The notes below the pieces were generated by a model, which ran no database searches, was not told the origin of the DNA, and worked only from the letters and a program-made list of their open reading frames with translations. Below are positions 9,967-19,815 of a stretch of DNA of 64,000 bases, in pieces (position 1 is the first letter of the stretch; every line of letters starts with the position of its first letter). The stretch is from the NCBI GenBank assembly GCA_963734545.1, contig CAVTHO010000007.1, forward strand, positions 962,010-1,026,009, written 5' to 3'. Both the position numbers and the translations under genes were made by a program. The stretch comes from an uncultured Spirochaetota bacterium (GTDB lineage Bacteria; Spirochaetota; Spirochaetia; SZUA-6; Fen-1364).

Positions 9967-10489
9967 ATCCCCCGGCGAGCGCCTTTCGGTTGGTTTCGTT
10001 CAGCTCACGGTGCCGCGCGGATACTGCCTCGTTGAGCACTGCCAGCACGGCGGCCATCGACGTAATGCCGGGCTTCCTCTTCAGCAGCGCGCCGAGCATC
10101 ACCATGTTCGCGGATTTGTAGGAACCCGACTCCTCCGCGATGTCGTTGGCGCGCACGGGCAGAACCTCGATGTCGGAGCGCGCGGGCGCGAGGTCGATCA
10201 GGGACTCGTTCCAGATCAGGAGACCGCCGGGTCGGACCATGCTCTCGAACTTCAGGAGGGACGGCTTGTTCATGATGATGCATACGCTGGGCCAGGGCAC
10301 AAGGGGAGAGGCGATCTCTTCGTCCGAGACGACGACGGAACAATTGGCCGTGCCGCCCCGCATCTCAGCGCCATAGGAGGGAATGTGGGACACGTGCTTG
10401 CCCTCTCCCATGGCGGCCAGGCAGATGATCCTTCCCGCCAGAATGATGCCCTGCCCGCCAAAGCCGGCAAAGAATATTCCCTCGTACAC
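9953..10489 (-). CDS. 2-oxoacid:ferredoxin oxidoreductase gamma subunit
   Basis: AGFGGQG, PSYGAEMRGG, NMVMLGA. Confidence 0.93.
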   Translation of the reverse strand: MYEGIFFAGFGGQGIILAGRIICLAAMGEGKHVSHIPSYGAEMRGGTANCSVVVSDEEIASPLVPWPSVCIIMNKPSLLKFESMVRPGGLLIWNESLIDLAPARSDIEVLPVRANDIAEESGSYKSANMVMLGALLKRKPGITSMAAVLAVLNEAVSARHRELNETNRKALAGGYERA

Positions 10490-10500
10490 CTTGCAGCCCC

Positions 10501-11256
10501 CTACTTGTCCCGGATCACGCCCAAAGGGAAGGTCGGGACCATGTCAGAGTCGACCCACGACGCGGCCTCCCGCGGCTCCATTCCCCAGCCGGTGGGGCAC
10601 ATGGAGAGCACCTCGATGAACGAGTACCCGTGGCCTTCCACCTGGTTGCGCAGGCCCTTCATGAGCGCCTTCTTTGTCTTCAGCACACCCTTGACCGAGC
10701 TGACCGCGCACCGCTCGATGTAGACGGGTGCATCCAGGGTATTGAGCAGCTCGCATGCGCGGATGGGGAACCCGACGTCGGCGGGATTCCTTCCGTAGGG
10801 GGAGGTCTTGGTCTTCTGCGCCTGCAGGCTCGTGGGCGCCATCTGGCCGCCCGTCATTCCGTAGATGGCGTTGTTGACGAAGACGACCGTGATCTTCTCT
10901 CCCCGATTGGCGGCATGAATCGTTTCGGCGGTGCCGATGGCAAGAAGATCGCCGTCACCCTGGTAGGCGATGACGGTCCTGTCGGGATGGACCCGCTTGA
11001 GCCCGGTCGCCACCGCGGGCGCCCGGCCATGGGCTGCCTCGCACCCGTCCACGCGAAGGTAGTTGTACGCAAGAACGGAGCATCCCACGGGAGCGACAAG
11101 GATCGTGCTCTCCCGAATGCCCAGCTCGTCGATGCACTGGGCGAGCAGCTTGTGAATGATGCCGTGGCCGCAGCCGGGGCAGTAGTGGTTCGGCACATCC
11201 GCGAGGGATTCCGGCCGCGCATAGACCACCTTCATCCGGGCAGTTTCAACGGGCAT
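10501..11256 (-). CDS. 2-oxoacid:ferredoxin oxidoreductase beta (TPP-binding) subunit
   Basis: YCPGCGHG, GDGD, NNAIYGMTGGQ, CPTGW. Confidence 0.93.
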   Translation of the reverse strand: MPVETARMKVVYARPESLADVPNHYCPGCGHGIIHKLLAQCIDELGIRESTILVAPVGCSVLAYNYLRVDGCEAAHGRAPAVATGLKRVHPDRTVIAYQGDGDLLAIGTAETIHAANRGEKITVVFVNNAIYGMTGGQMAPTSLQAQKTKTSPYGRNPADVGFPIRACELLNTLDAPVYIERCAVSSVKGVLKTKKALMKGLRNQVEGHGYSFIEVLSMCPTGWGMEPREAASWVDSDMVPTFPLGVIRDK

Positions 11257-12300
11257 ATGCCTTGATCCTTTCCACGATCGCGTCCACCTGGGGGGTGATG
11301 CCGCCCATGGTGCCATGGAAGTCGACCGGCGCGGCACTACCGACCGCCAGCCTGACATCCTCCACCATCTGTCCCGCGTTCATCTCGACCACGAGGACCT
11401 TTCTCCTGCCCTTTGCCGCGGCGGCAAGCGCGACCCGGGGGAAGGGCCAGAGCGTGATGGGACGGAAAAAACCGACCTTGATGCCTGCCTTGCGCAGCGC
11501 GCTCACCGCCGACCGGCAGATGCGCGCGGACAGCCCGAACCCCACCAGGAGGAACTCGGCGTCGTCAATCTCGGATTCCTCAAAGAGCGTCTCCTTGCTC
11601 TCGATCTCCCTGTACTTTGCCTGGAGCCGCAGATTGAGCTTTTCCAGCGCGTCTTCAGGGTTCAGGCGCAGGGATACGATATGGTGGGGGTCCCTGCCCT
11701 TTGCTCCCGTGAGGGCCCAGCCGCTCTTGTCGAATACCAGCCCGGAAGGCTGCGGCAGGGTGATGGGCTCGGACATCTGGCCGATGAAACCGTCACCGAG
11801 AAGGATCACGACGATCCGATACCGGTCGGCGAGATCGAACGCCTTCACCGTGAGGTCCGCGAGCTCCTGCACGGTGCTGGGCGCAAGCACAATGCTGTGG
11901 TAGTCCCCGTGGCCGCCGCCCTTGACTGCCTGGAAGTAGTCCCCTTGCGCGCCGGCGATGTTGCCCAGGCCGGGGCCGCCGCGCATCATGTTGACCACGA
12001 CGGCGGGCAGCTCGGCGCCGGCCATGTAGGAGATCCCTTCCATCTTCAGGCTGATGCCCGGGTGACGAGGAGGAGGTCATGACCCGCGCGCCCGCGGCCG
12101 CGGCGCCGAAGACCATGTTGATGGCGGCCAGCTCGCTCTCTGCCTGGAGGAAGGTGCCTCCCACCTTCGGCATCCGCAGGGACATGTATGCGGGAAGCTC
12201 GTTCTGCGGGAGTGATCGGATAGCCGAAATAGAAACGGCAACCGGCGATGATCGCGGCCTCCCCGATGGCCTCGTTGCCTTTCATGAGAATGAGCGCCAT
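11246..12300 (-). CDS. vorB: 2-oxoacid:ferredoxin oxidoreductase alpha subunit (VorB-like), frameshifted
   Basis: MKGNEA, GYPITP, QAESE, RGGPGLG, EMNAGQM. Confidence 0.85.
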
Positions 12301-12303
12301 ACC

Positions 12304-12538
12304 CTACTCCCCCGCTGCCGGCGCGTACCGGAAGATGCGGATTGCCGATATCCGGACAGATGATCGCGCAGGACATGCATGCCGTGCAGCGTTCCTCGTC
12401 GAAGCAGACCGCGAACGGCACTCCCTGACGATTGAACTGATCACGCGACATGGCGAGTATTTTTTCGGGGCATGCGCCGACGCAGAGCGTGCAGCCTTTG
12501 CATCGTTCACGGTCGATATCCGGTCGTCCTCTTGACAC
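12304..12538 (-). CDS. 2x[4Fe-4S] ferredoxin (delta subunit), frameshifted at C-terminus
   Basis: CKGCTLCVGACP and CTACMSCAIICP. Confidence 0.88.
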
Positions 12539-12677
12539 CGAGATACTCCTCTATCATGATATGCGCTCAGATTAGCACTTTCGGCACTTAAAAGCAATCG
12601 AATCGAAGCGACCTCCCGGAATCTGCGGGGACCGCTTCTGTGCACGCCAGAATGCCTGCACTGCAAGGAGGACGGAT

Positions 12678-13316
12678 TTGGCAACCTACCAGGAACTGTC
12701 GGAAGCAATCCAGAAAGGCAACATGCCGAAAGCGAAAGAGCTCACCACCGCCCTTCTCGCGGAGAAGAACGGCGCGGGTGACATCCTCAACAAGGGCCTG
12801 CTGGACGGCATGGACAAGGTTGGCCAGCGTTTCAAATGCAATGAGATCTATATTCCCGAAGTGCTGATAGCCGCCCGGGCCATGAACGCCAGCATGGATA
12901 TCCTCAAACCCGAGCTGGTGAAGGCCGGCGTGAAGCCAATCGGCAAGATACTGCTGGGCACGGTCAAGGGAGACCTTCACGATATCGGCAAGAACCTCGT
13001 GAAGATGATGGCGCAGGGAGCCGGCATCGAAGTTGTCGACCTGGGGATCGATGTCTCCGCGGATAAGTTCGTTCAGGGGTTGAAGGACAATCCGGATGCA
13101 CGGGCAGTAGGTATTTCCGCGCTGCTCACCACGACGATGATCGGCATGAAAGAAATCATCGACAGGTTCGAGAAGGAAGGCTTGCGGAAGAAGGTGAAGT
13201 TCATGGTGGGGGGCGCGCCTCTCACCGACCAATACGCCAAGGAGATAGGCGCCGACGGATACGCCCCGGACGCGGCAAGCGCCTCGGAAAAGTTCAAGGC
13301 GTTCCTGAGAGCGTAG
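12678..13316 (+). CDS. Corrinoid (B12-binding) methyltransferase protein
   Basis: Cap domain IYIPEVL, GDLHDIGKN, SALLTTT, GGAP; AAGGAGG RBS. Confidence 0.93.
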   Translation: MATYQELSEAIQKGNMPKAKELTTALLAEKNGAGDILNKGLLDGMDKVGQRFKCNEIYIPEVLIAARAMNASMDILKPELVKAGVKPIGKILLGTVKGDLHDIGKNLVKMMAQGAGIEVVDLGIDVSADKFVQGLKDNPDARAVGISALLTTTMIGMKEIIDRFEKEGLRKKVKFMVGGAPLTDQYAKEIGADGYAPDAASASEKFKAFLRA

Positions 13317-13320
13317 CCCT

Positions 13321-13338
13321 TCCGCGGTACTCCGCGGA
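13321..13338. repeat. Family B palindrome
   Basis: TCCGCGG-TACT-CCGCGGA. Confidence 0.75.
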
Positions 13339-13341
13339 GTT

Positions 13342-13440
13342 GGATGGCGAGGTCGGCCGAGGCCAGGGATGGCCGAAAGGCCGACCGTAGGCTGCCCACG
13401 GTCTACGGTCTCGCTTCCGTAGGCTCTCGCCATCCATGGC
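13342..13440. repeat. Family A double-hairpin element between convergent genes
   Basis: Minus strand GGTCGGCC-TTTC-GGCCA-TCCC-TGGCC-TC-GGCCGACC, identical to the 15724 copy; terminal GCCA-TCCA-TGGC. Confidence 0.85.
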
Positions 13441-15443
13441 TATGGCGGGGCGTAGTAGCCCGACTCGTCTCTACCGCTGACCTTCTGGGCGGTCACTTCG
13501 ATTTCCAGGGGAATGTACTTTTCGCCGAACTCGGGAGGAGTGCGCGAGGTATAGCGCAGCGTGTAGAGCGATCCCACCCGCGCGCTGATCGTGCGCGCCA
13601 CCTGCTGCATTCCGCCGGGCGACGAGGCACTGAAGAGACTGCCACCGGTTTCTGAAGCGAGAAAGCTCAACTCCTCATCCGGCGGCTGGTTTCCGAACAG
13701 AACAGGATAGAAGGCGATGCCATTGTTCCTCATGTAGGCGGCGATCTCGGTGAGCGAGTAGGTGGCAAACGCGCCCGGACCCAGGACTCCGCTCGTCATG
13801 AACACGACAGCCCTCCGGGCCCCGGATACCGACGTGATGAGCTCGTCACCGGCCGCTTTCGCCGCGATGTCAAAGCGCCATTTTGCCGATGGGGGCGTCT
13901 GGAGCGACTGCCGGATGAAACGCAGGCGCGTCTCGCCGAAATCAGCCTCCCGGAGCGGCTTTTCCGCCGCAGACAGCGCCTTTATTCTGCCTTCCCTCGT
14001 GACGAGCCCATAGAGATCCCCGATTGTCTGCTCGGCTTCGGACCTGTACTTCTCCAGAGCGGGCGAGCGCTCGACCAGAAGCGATACATCACTGGTCTTC
14101 ACGCTGGTATTTGCCAGCGCCAGTGTTTCCGTCCCGACCGGCGATCGCATTTCCGTGACGACGAAGTTGTCGCCGGTCAGGCCGACGACCGGCTTCCCGA
14201 GTCTGTTTTCCACCGAAACATCGACGTAGACCTCAGGGAACTTCAGGGAGTTGACCCGGTCCACCCGTACGACCAGTCCGGAGTAGAGAGCAGAAACCTC
14301 GCTCAGCAGCACGATCCTGCTCTGGTCGAAGTCCACCCCCAGGATGTCGCCATTGGGATCTACCGACTGCTGCACGAGCCTTCTGGTATGGGCACTCGTG
14401 TCGCCCCGGACCGTCCAGGTCTCCCGTTCGACATCGCATTCCATGATTCGATTGCCGTCGGCAACCAGCAGGCTCCCGTCCGCGGTGAAGGCGAGCCCTT
14501 CGGGCTCCTGCAGAGTCCCGTCGCCTATCGAGGAGATCAGGTTGCCGTTGAGCTCGTAGATGAGGATGCGCTTGCTTGATCGTTCCGAAATGAAGAGTTT
14601 GTCCTCATGGATGGCAATGCCTGTGGGTCCGGCAATCCCCGAGATCGATTGGACGAAGTTGCCGTCCATGTCGAACCGCACAACGCGCGAATTGCCCCAG
14701 TCGGTCACCCACAGGTAGCCCCTGCCGTCCGCCGCAAGGTACTGGGGTCCGAGGAGCAGTCCGTCGGCCCTGCCTTTCCGGCCGAAGGTCTTGATTTTGT
14801 CTCCCTGAGGGTCGCACTTCGCGATCCTGTTGGCGCCGTATTCGGAAATGTAAAGAGAGCCGTCATCGGCCTCGAGGATGTCGTAGGGCCTGTCGAATCC
14901 CTCCAACCCGCCATGGAGACTGTCCATGAGCCGGAAATTCGCATCGTAGCGGAGGACCTCGTTGGAACCGAAAGCGACGACCCAGAAGCTGCCGTCCGGT
15001 CGCGGGCGGACGCTCGTAGGCCGCTTGAATGGATGCCCGGACGCCAGCGTACCATCCAGCTCTGCAGCGACGACCCAAGGCGGGCTTCCGGCCAGCTCCC
15101 GCCCGACACCGCGCCTGAGGCCGATCACTTTTATCCAGTCGCGTATAACCGCAGTCCCCTTGCCGGCATCGACGAGCCGCTGCCAGGTTTTCAGGGCGTC
15201 TTCCTCGTAGCCTGCTTTCCACTGCGCCCTTCCGAGCCAGATGGTGGCAAGCGTGTTCGTGGGTTGCATGCTGATGGATTTCTCGAGGGCTACCCAGGAA
15301 TCATTGAAGAACCCGCGATGAAATGCCTGGACTCCCCACCTGAGCTGCTCGGCGGAGCGTGACGCGTTGATGTCGATACGCTGTGCGGAGAGAAGCGCGG
15401 GAATCAGGCACAGGAAACAGGCGAGGACCGTTCGCGGTTTCAC
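13440..15443 (-). CDS. Secreted TPR + NHL beta-propeller + vWA-like protein
   Basis: Signal peptide, N-terminal TPR, NHL repeats (RPYDI, GPQYLA, VTDWGNSRV). Confidence 0.8.
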   Translation of the reverse strand: MKPRTVLACFLCLIPALLSAQRIDINASRSAEQLRWGVQAFHRGFFNDSWVALEKSISMQPTNTLATIWLGRAQWKAGYEEDALKTWQRLVDAGKGTAVIRDWIKVIGLRRGVGRELAGSPPWVVAAELDGTLASGHPFKRPTSVRPRPDGSFWVVAFGSNEVLRYDANFRLMDSLHGGLEGFDRPYDILEADDGSLYISEYGANRIAKCDPQGDKIKTFGRKGRADGLLLGPQYLAADGRGYLWVTDWGNSRVVRFDMDGNFVQSISGIAGPTGIAIHEDKLFISERSSKRILIYELNGNLISSIGDGTLQEPEGLAFTADGSLLVADGNRIMECDVERETWTVRGDTSAHTRRLVQQSVDPNGDILGVDFDQSRIVLLSEVSALYSGLVVRVDRVNSLKFPEVYVDVSVENRLGKPVVGLTGDNFVVTEMRSPVGTETLALANTSVKTSDVSLLVERSPALEKYRSEAEQTIGDLYGLVTREGRIKALSAAEKPLREADFGETRLRFIRQSLQTPPSAKWRFDIAAKAAGDELITSVSGARRAVVFMTSGVLGPGAFATYSLTEIAAYMRNNGIAFYPVLFGNQPPDEELSFLASETGGSLFSASSPGGMQQVARTISARVGSLYTLRYTSRTPPEFGEKYIPLEIEVTAQKVSGRDESGYYAPP

Positions 15444-15461
15444 GGGCTGAGTATAGGAAAA

Positions 15462-15623
15462 TCAGGCGTACGTATCTACCGTATGCTTTCTGCCTGTGTC
15501 GAGCTTAATCTCCCCCCTGATGCCGAGGTACAGAATAGTCTTTATGTCGTCAGCCTTGATGATGGGCAATTCTGCGGTTTGAGCAATCGGCACGGTAGGA
15601 AGAGCAACGCTATCAACCTTCAT
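15462..15623 (-). CDS. 53-aa small protein
   Basis: AGGAG RBS then MKVDSVALPTVPIAQTAELPIIKADDIKTILYLGIRGEIKLDTGRKHTVDTYA; below ORF-track cutoff. Confidence 0.65.
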   Translation of the reverse strand: MKVDSVALPTVPIAQTAELPIIKADDIKTILYLGIRGEIKLDTGRKHTVDTYA

Positions 15624-15671
15624 GGCTCACTCCTGTCATCATCTTCGACTGATTGGGGGGCATAAATAAAG

Positions 15672-15718
15672 AAAAAAAAGCGGCGCCCCGGGGGGACCGA
15701 ATGGGTCCGGCGGCGCTG
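15672..15718 (-). terminator. Intrinsic terminator of the galK-surE-TPR operon
   Basis: GC hairpin followed by T8 on the minus strand. Confidence 0.7.
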
Positions 15719-15723
15719 TCTAT

Positions 15724-15773
15724 GGTCGGCCTTTCGGCCATCCCTGGCCTCGGCCGACCTCGGCATCCATGCC
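15724..15773. repeat. Family A double-hairpin element
   Basis: GGTCGGCC-TTTC-GGCCA-TCCC-TGGCC-TC-GGCCGACC-TC-GGCA-TCCA-TGCC abutting a TAG stop. Confidence 0.85.
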
Positions 15774-16459
15774 TATGGCGTCTTCACGTCCTTCAGCGCG
15801 TCCATGCACATGCGCAAATGGGCGGCGATCTCCTTGTGCCCGGGCGCAAGGTCGAGCGCCCTGCGAAAGTTCGCCCGGGCTTCGATGTAATTGCCCTGCC
15901 GGTAGTACGCCCACCCCAGGGAATCCAGGTACGCCGCGTTGCGAGGCGCCATTTCGACAGCCTGGCGGCAGAAGGTTATCGCCTTGGCCAGGTCGATCTT
16001 CTCCTCCGCGTAGATGAATCCGAGGGAGTTCAGCGCGTTCGAGTTTTTCGGCTCCAATTCGAGCGCTTTCTGCAGGGTTTCGATGCTCTCCGGCACCTTC
16101 CTCTGCGCGTAGTAGACGTACCCGAGCGCGGCAAGGGCCTGTGAGGACTGCAGCCCCATCTCGTTCACCTTCGTGAACTCGAACTCGGCCAGGCGGAAGC
16201 GCCCGGTGACCGCGTAGATATAGCCCAGCACCATCCGGGACTGCATGATGTGGAGAAAACTGAAATGGGAGCTCACGACCTTTTCAAGGCTGAGCAGAGC
16301 CTCCTCGTAGTTGCCGAGCTGCGTGAGCGCGAGCCCCACATAGTAGTCGATTTCGGGGCTCGTGCCCTCCTCCGTCTCCAGCGCGCGCAGCTCAGCCAGG
16401 GCCTGGTCGAACCTGTGCGCGTGGTAAAGCTTCACCGCGCGTCCCAGCTTCTCGTTCAT
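15773..16459 (-). CDS. Tetratricopeptide repeat protein
   Basis: TPRs (ALNSLGFIYAE, YLDSLGWAYY); ATG overlaps the surE stop. Confidence 0.88.
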   Translation of the reverse strand: MNEKLGRAVKLYHAHRFDQALAELRALETEEGTSPEIDYYVGLALTQLGNYEEALLSLEKVVSSHFSFLHIMQSRMVLGYIYAVTGRFRLAEFEFTKVNEMGLQSSQALAALGYVYYAQRKVPESIETLQKALELEPKNSNALNSLGFIYAEEKIDLAKAITFCRQAVEMAPRNAAYLDSLGWAYYRQGNYIEARANFRRALDLAPGHKEIAAHLRMCMDALKDVKTP

Positions 16460-17202
16460 TTGAATTTGACCCCCCTGTAGTTCTCCTCGATGGATGCCCA
16501 GTTTCTCGGGTGCGCGTGAATGGGGGAAATGGAGATGCGCCCCTGGGAGAGAACCATGGCGTCTGAGCCTTCCTCGGGATGCGCGTCCGGCAGCGCCCCG
16601 CCCATGAAACAGTAGATATCGCCGTTCGGAGCCGTATATGTGGAAAGCTCGTCTCGGTAGATCCTGCGCGAGGGAAAGGTGATGACGGTTTCTGCATCGC
16701 CGGCGCCGGTGGACGGGAAATTGATGTTGAGAAAGTGATCGTCCGTGCCCAGCTCGCGAAATATCTCCAGGTTGCGCGCGGCGAACTCCGCCCCGGGCGC
16801 GAAATCGAACGGAGGGGAGTATCTCGCCGTGGAGAGCGCGACCGAGGGAATGCCCATGAGCGCCCCCTGGCGGGCGCCCGCAGCGGTCCCTGAATAGAGA
16901 ATGTCGGTTCCGAGGTTGGGGCCGTGATTGATGCCAGAGATGATGAGCTCGATTCCCCCGCCAGGCACCAGACCGAGCACTGATACCATGACGCAGTCCG
17001 CGGTGGTCCCCCGGCAGGAAAACAGCCTGTCCCCGAGCCTGCGCACCCGTATGGAATCCCGCAGAGTGATGGAGTGAGAGCCGCCGCTCTTCTCCGTCTC
17101 CGGGGCAACCACCCACACGTCGTGGAGAGGTGAGAGCACGCGAATCAGCGTCCGTATTCCCTCGCTGCTGATTCCGTCGTCATTGGTCAGCAGAATCTTC
17201 AT
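16456..17202 (-). CDS. surE: 5'/3'-nucleotidase SurE
   Basis: MKILLTNDDG, SGINHGPNLG, YSGT. Confidence 0.95.
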   Translation of the reverse strand: MKILLTNDDGISSEGIRTLIRVLSPLHDVWVVAPETEKSGGSHSITLRDSIRVRRLGDRLFSCRGTTADCVMVSVLGLVPGGGIELIISGINHGPNLGTDILYSGTAAGARQGALMGIPSVALSTARYSPPFDFAPGAEFAARNLEIFRELGTDDHFLNINFPSTGAGDAETVITFPSRRIYRDELSTYTAPNGDIYCFMGGALPDAHPEEGSDAMVLSQGRISISPIHAHPRNWASIEENYRGVKFK

Positions 17203-18362
17203 GTGCGCTGCATCCTGTTTTCGAGGATTCGGGCGCCCGCCGACGGCTTGCAGATGTACAGCTCGGGACGGAACCCGAATATCCGCTCGTACTGGACGAT
17301 GTGCTCCCGGTACAGGGGAATGGCACTCTCCTCGATCAGCGTCACGGTGCACCCGCCAAAGCCCGCCCCGGTGAGTCGCGAGCCGTATACCCCTTCGGTT
17401 TCCCACGCCCGCTTCACCAGCCAGTCCAGCTCCGGGCAGGAAACCTCGTACAGATCGCGAAGGCTCTCATGGGACCTGTTCATCAGCTTCCCGAATGTCA
17501 CAAGGTCTTTTTTTCGCAGCGCTTCCTCACCCTCCAGCACACGCTGGTTCTCTTCCACGACGTGGAGGCATTTCTTGCGCGTGGCCTCGGGTATGAGCCC
17601 CAGGCTGTCGCGCACGTCGGCCGGTGAGTAGTCACGGAGAGCCGTGCCGGCCCGCTTGGCCTGCAGGAGCTCGACGCATTTCCGGCACTCCTCCCGCCTG
17701 TGATTGTACTCCGAGTCCACGAGGCCATGGGGGACCTTGGAATTGGTGATGAGGATCTTCACGCTTTTCAGGGCCAGGGGGACGTAGTGATAGGTGAGGA
17801 ACCGGGTGTCGAGGAGCATCGCGTGCCCCTCCTTGGCCAGCCGTGAAATGAACTGGTCCATGATCCCGCTCTTCACCCCCACGAACTCGTTCTCCGCCCT
17901 CTGGGCGAGCTTCGCGAGCTCCTCCCGACCCATTTCTATGCCGAACAGGTCCTGGATGGCGAGTGCCGTGGCGACTTCCAGGGCCGCCGACGAGGAAAGC
18001 CCCGCTCCCTGCGGTATATCGCCGTGAATCGTGATATCCATCCCCCCCAGCGCATGGCCGCGGCCCACGAATTCCGCAATAATGCCTTTGGGGTAGTTCG
18101 CCCAGCGGTCTTCCTTTCGAAAACGGAGGGTGGGGAGGGTCGCACGCTTCCTGTCCTTGTAATCCACGGAGAAGAACCGCAGGTGCGAGTCCTTGCGGCG
18201 CGTCACGGCGACCCGGGCGGTGAAATCGATGGCCATGGGGAAAACAAAGCCGTCATTGTAGTCGGTATGCTCGCCGATCAGGTTCACCCGGCCCGGGGCC
18301 GAGGCGATTATCTCGGGAGCCTTGCCGTACTCCTCGACGTGGCTTTGCTTCACTGCATCCAT
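17199..18362 (-). CDS. galK: Galactokinase
   Basis: GRVNLIGEHTDY, GAGLSSSAA, GIMDQ, GSRLTGAGFGG. Confidence 0.95.
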   Translation of the reverse strand: MDAVKQSHVEEYGKAPEIIASAPGRVNLIGEHTDYNDGFVFPMAIDFTARVAVTRRKDSHLRFFSVDYKDRKRATLPTLRFRKEDRWANYPKGIIAEFVGRGHALGGMDITIHGDIPQGAGLSSSAALEVATALAIQDLFGIEMGREELAKLAQRAENEFVGVKSGIMDQFISRLAKEGHAMLLDTRFLTYHYVPLALKSVKILITNSKVPHGLVDSEYNHRREECRKCVELLQAKRAGTALRDYSPADVRDSLGLIPEATRKKCLHVVEENQRVLEGEEALRKKDLVTFGKLMNRSHESLRDLYEVSCPELDWLVKRAWETEGVYGSRLTGAGFGGCTVTLIEESAIPLYREHIVQYERIFGFRPELYICKPSAGARILENRMQRT

Positions 18363-18465
18363 TAATTTCTCCCGCAGAATATGCGATTTGAGGGTGGCGC
18401 CAGTATAGACAAAGAACGAAAAGAATTCAATAAAAAGCGTATAAATTGTCGAAAATTCCATTAGA

Positions 18466-19293
18466 ATGGATACACTTCCAGGCTATCTTCAGTACGGCGA
18501 GCAGACGACGTCTCCGTCCCGGAGCATCATCTACCGTACCGGGGATCCCGTGGGCGACAAGCCGGTGTTCTACGTCATCGCCGGGCTGATAAAAGTCGAA
18601 TATCCTCTCAGCAACTCGACCTTCACCCTCTGGATGCCGCCCGACGTGATATTCGGGCTGGTGGAGCCTCTCGCTCAATGCGGCCGTCTCTGCGTCGTGC
18701 ATGCCATGGAGAGAACGATACTCTATCGGTGGGACCTGGAAAGCTTCTTCCTGGCAGCGGGGGTATCCCTGGACCTTGCCCTGGTGGCAACCACCGGATT
18801 GACCCGGGAATTGCGGATCATGAACGCGGAGTTCGGCGAGCGGCTCGGTCTCCTGGAAGGGCACGGCACGCTGATGGACGAATACAACGAGATCATGAGG
18901 ATCGCCTTCCAGGCGGAGGATGCGGTAGACGAGGCCGTCATCGGGAAGTTCGGCAGACGCTTCAAGGACAAGCAGATCCTGATCCGTGAAGGTGAAATCC
19001 AGCAGAAGATCTTCTGGATACTCGAGGGTGAAGTGTATGTCACCAGCAAGATGGGCGATAAGTACAAGGTGCTCGCAACCCTCGGCCCGGGAGAGCTCAT
19101 CGGCGAGATGAGCTTCTTCGACAAGTCGGTGCGCTCGGCAACGGTCATCTCGAAAGGCGCTCTGCACGCGCTGGAGTTCACAAAGGAAAACTTCGCTGAC
19201 ATCTACGCGGCAAGTCCGCAGTGGACCCGGCGTCTCCTGGTCTCTCTTGCAAAGCGCATTCGCCTCATGGTGGAAAAGCTCGGGCAGCTCTAG
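18466..19293 (+). CDS. Tandem cyclic-nucleotide-binding domain protein
   Basis: C-terminal GELIGEMSF...RSATV; degenerate N-terminal cNMP domain. Confidence 0.82.
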   Translation: MDTLPGYLQYGEQTTSPSRSIIYRTGDPVGDKPVFYVIAGLIKVEYPLSNSTFTLWMPPDVIFGLVEPLAQCGRLCVVHAMERTILYRWDLESFFLAAGVSLDLALVATTGLTRELRIMNAEFGERLGLLEGHGTLMDEYNEIMRIAFQAEDAVDEAVIGKFGRRFKDKQILIREGEIQQKIFWILEGEVYVTSKMGDKYKVLATLGPGELIGEMSFFDKSVRSATVISKGALHALEFTKENFADIYAASPQWTRRLLVSLAKRIRLMVEKLGQL

Positions 19294-19364
19294 CAAAGCG
19301 CGCGCGAAGCGCGCTATCCACGCGCGGGGCCAACTGTCCTTTACGTGCCATCCCCCTCATGTTC

Positions 19365-19812
19365 TTAGATAGTCGTGATCTTGTCCGCGTCGATCTCCTT
19401 CACGAAGATGTGCTCATACCTGCCCGGAGGGATGGACGGTCAGATTGCCCGGCAGATAGGTCTGCGCGAAGAAGAAAAGCACATCCGCCATGTCGTCGCT
19501 GCTGCTGAGGAGCGACCACCGGTACCAGCAATCATGCTCCTCCAGGAGCGCGCGGCGGGAGATGTCGGTCTCCAGCTCGACGTCCGTGCGCACGCGAAGC
19601 TCGTGACGCAATCCCCCGTACCATGACTTGCCGAGGTGGAACAGGCAGAGCTTGTTCTTTTCGTCCATGTAGTACAGCTCGTAGATGCCCGCTTCGGAAG
19701 GCACGGACGTGGCGATCTTGTACTTGTCGCTCTTGCGCAGGCGCGACCAGCTCACCGTAAAGAACGCATCGCGCCCCCTGACACGCTTCGCAACGACAGG
19801 TTTCCGGTCCAC
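19365..19812 (-). CDS. Hypothetical protein, frameshift near 19425
   Basis: 132-aa ORF continuing in another frame to RYEHIFVKEIDADKITTI*. Confidence 0.65.
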
Positions 19813-19815
19813 CGG

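Noticed and set aside
12540-12677. Cobalamin riboswitch before the corrinoid gene (also 2725-2844 before the ABC importer)
   Set aside because: No recognisable B12 box; the importer leader after the promoter is only ~25 nt
15773-17116. 447-aa TPR ORF, and the 828-aa Lnt ORF at 32203-34689
   Set aside because: The extensions overlap surE and the 4-TM gene in other frames; starts overlapping the upstream stops (16459, 34236) fit better
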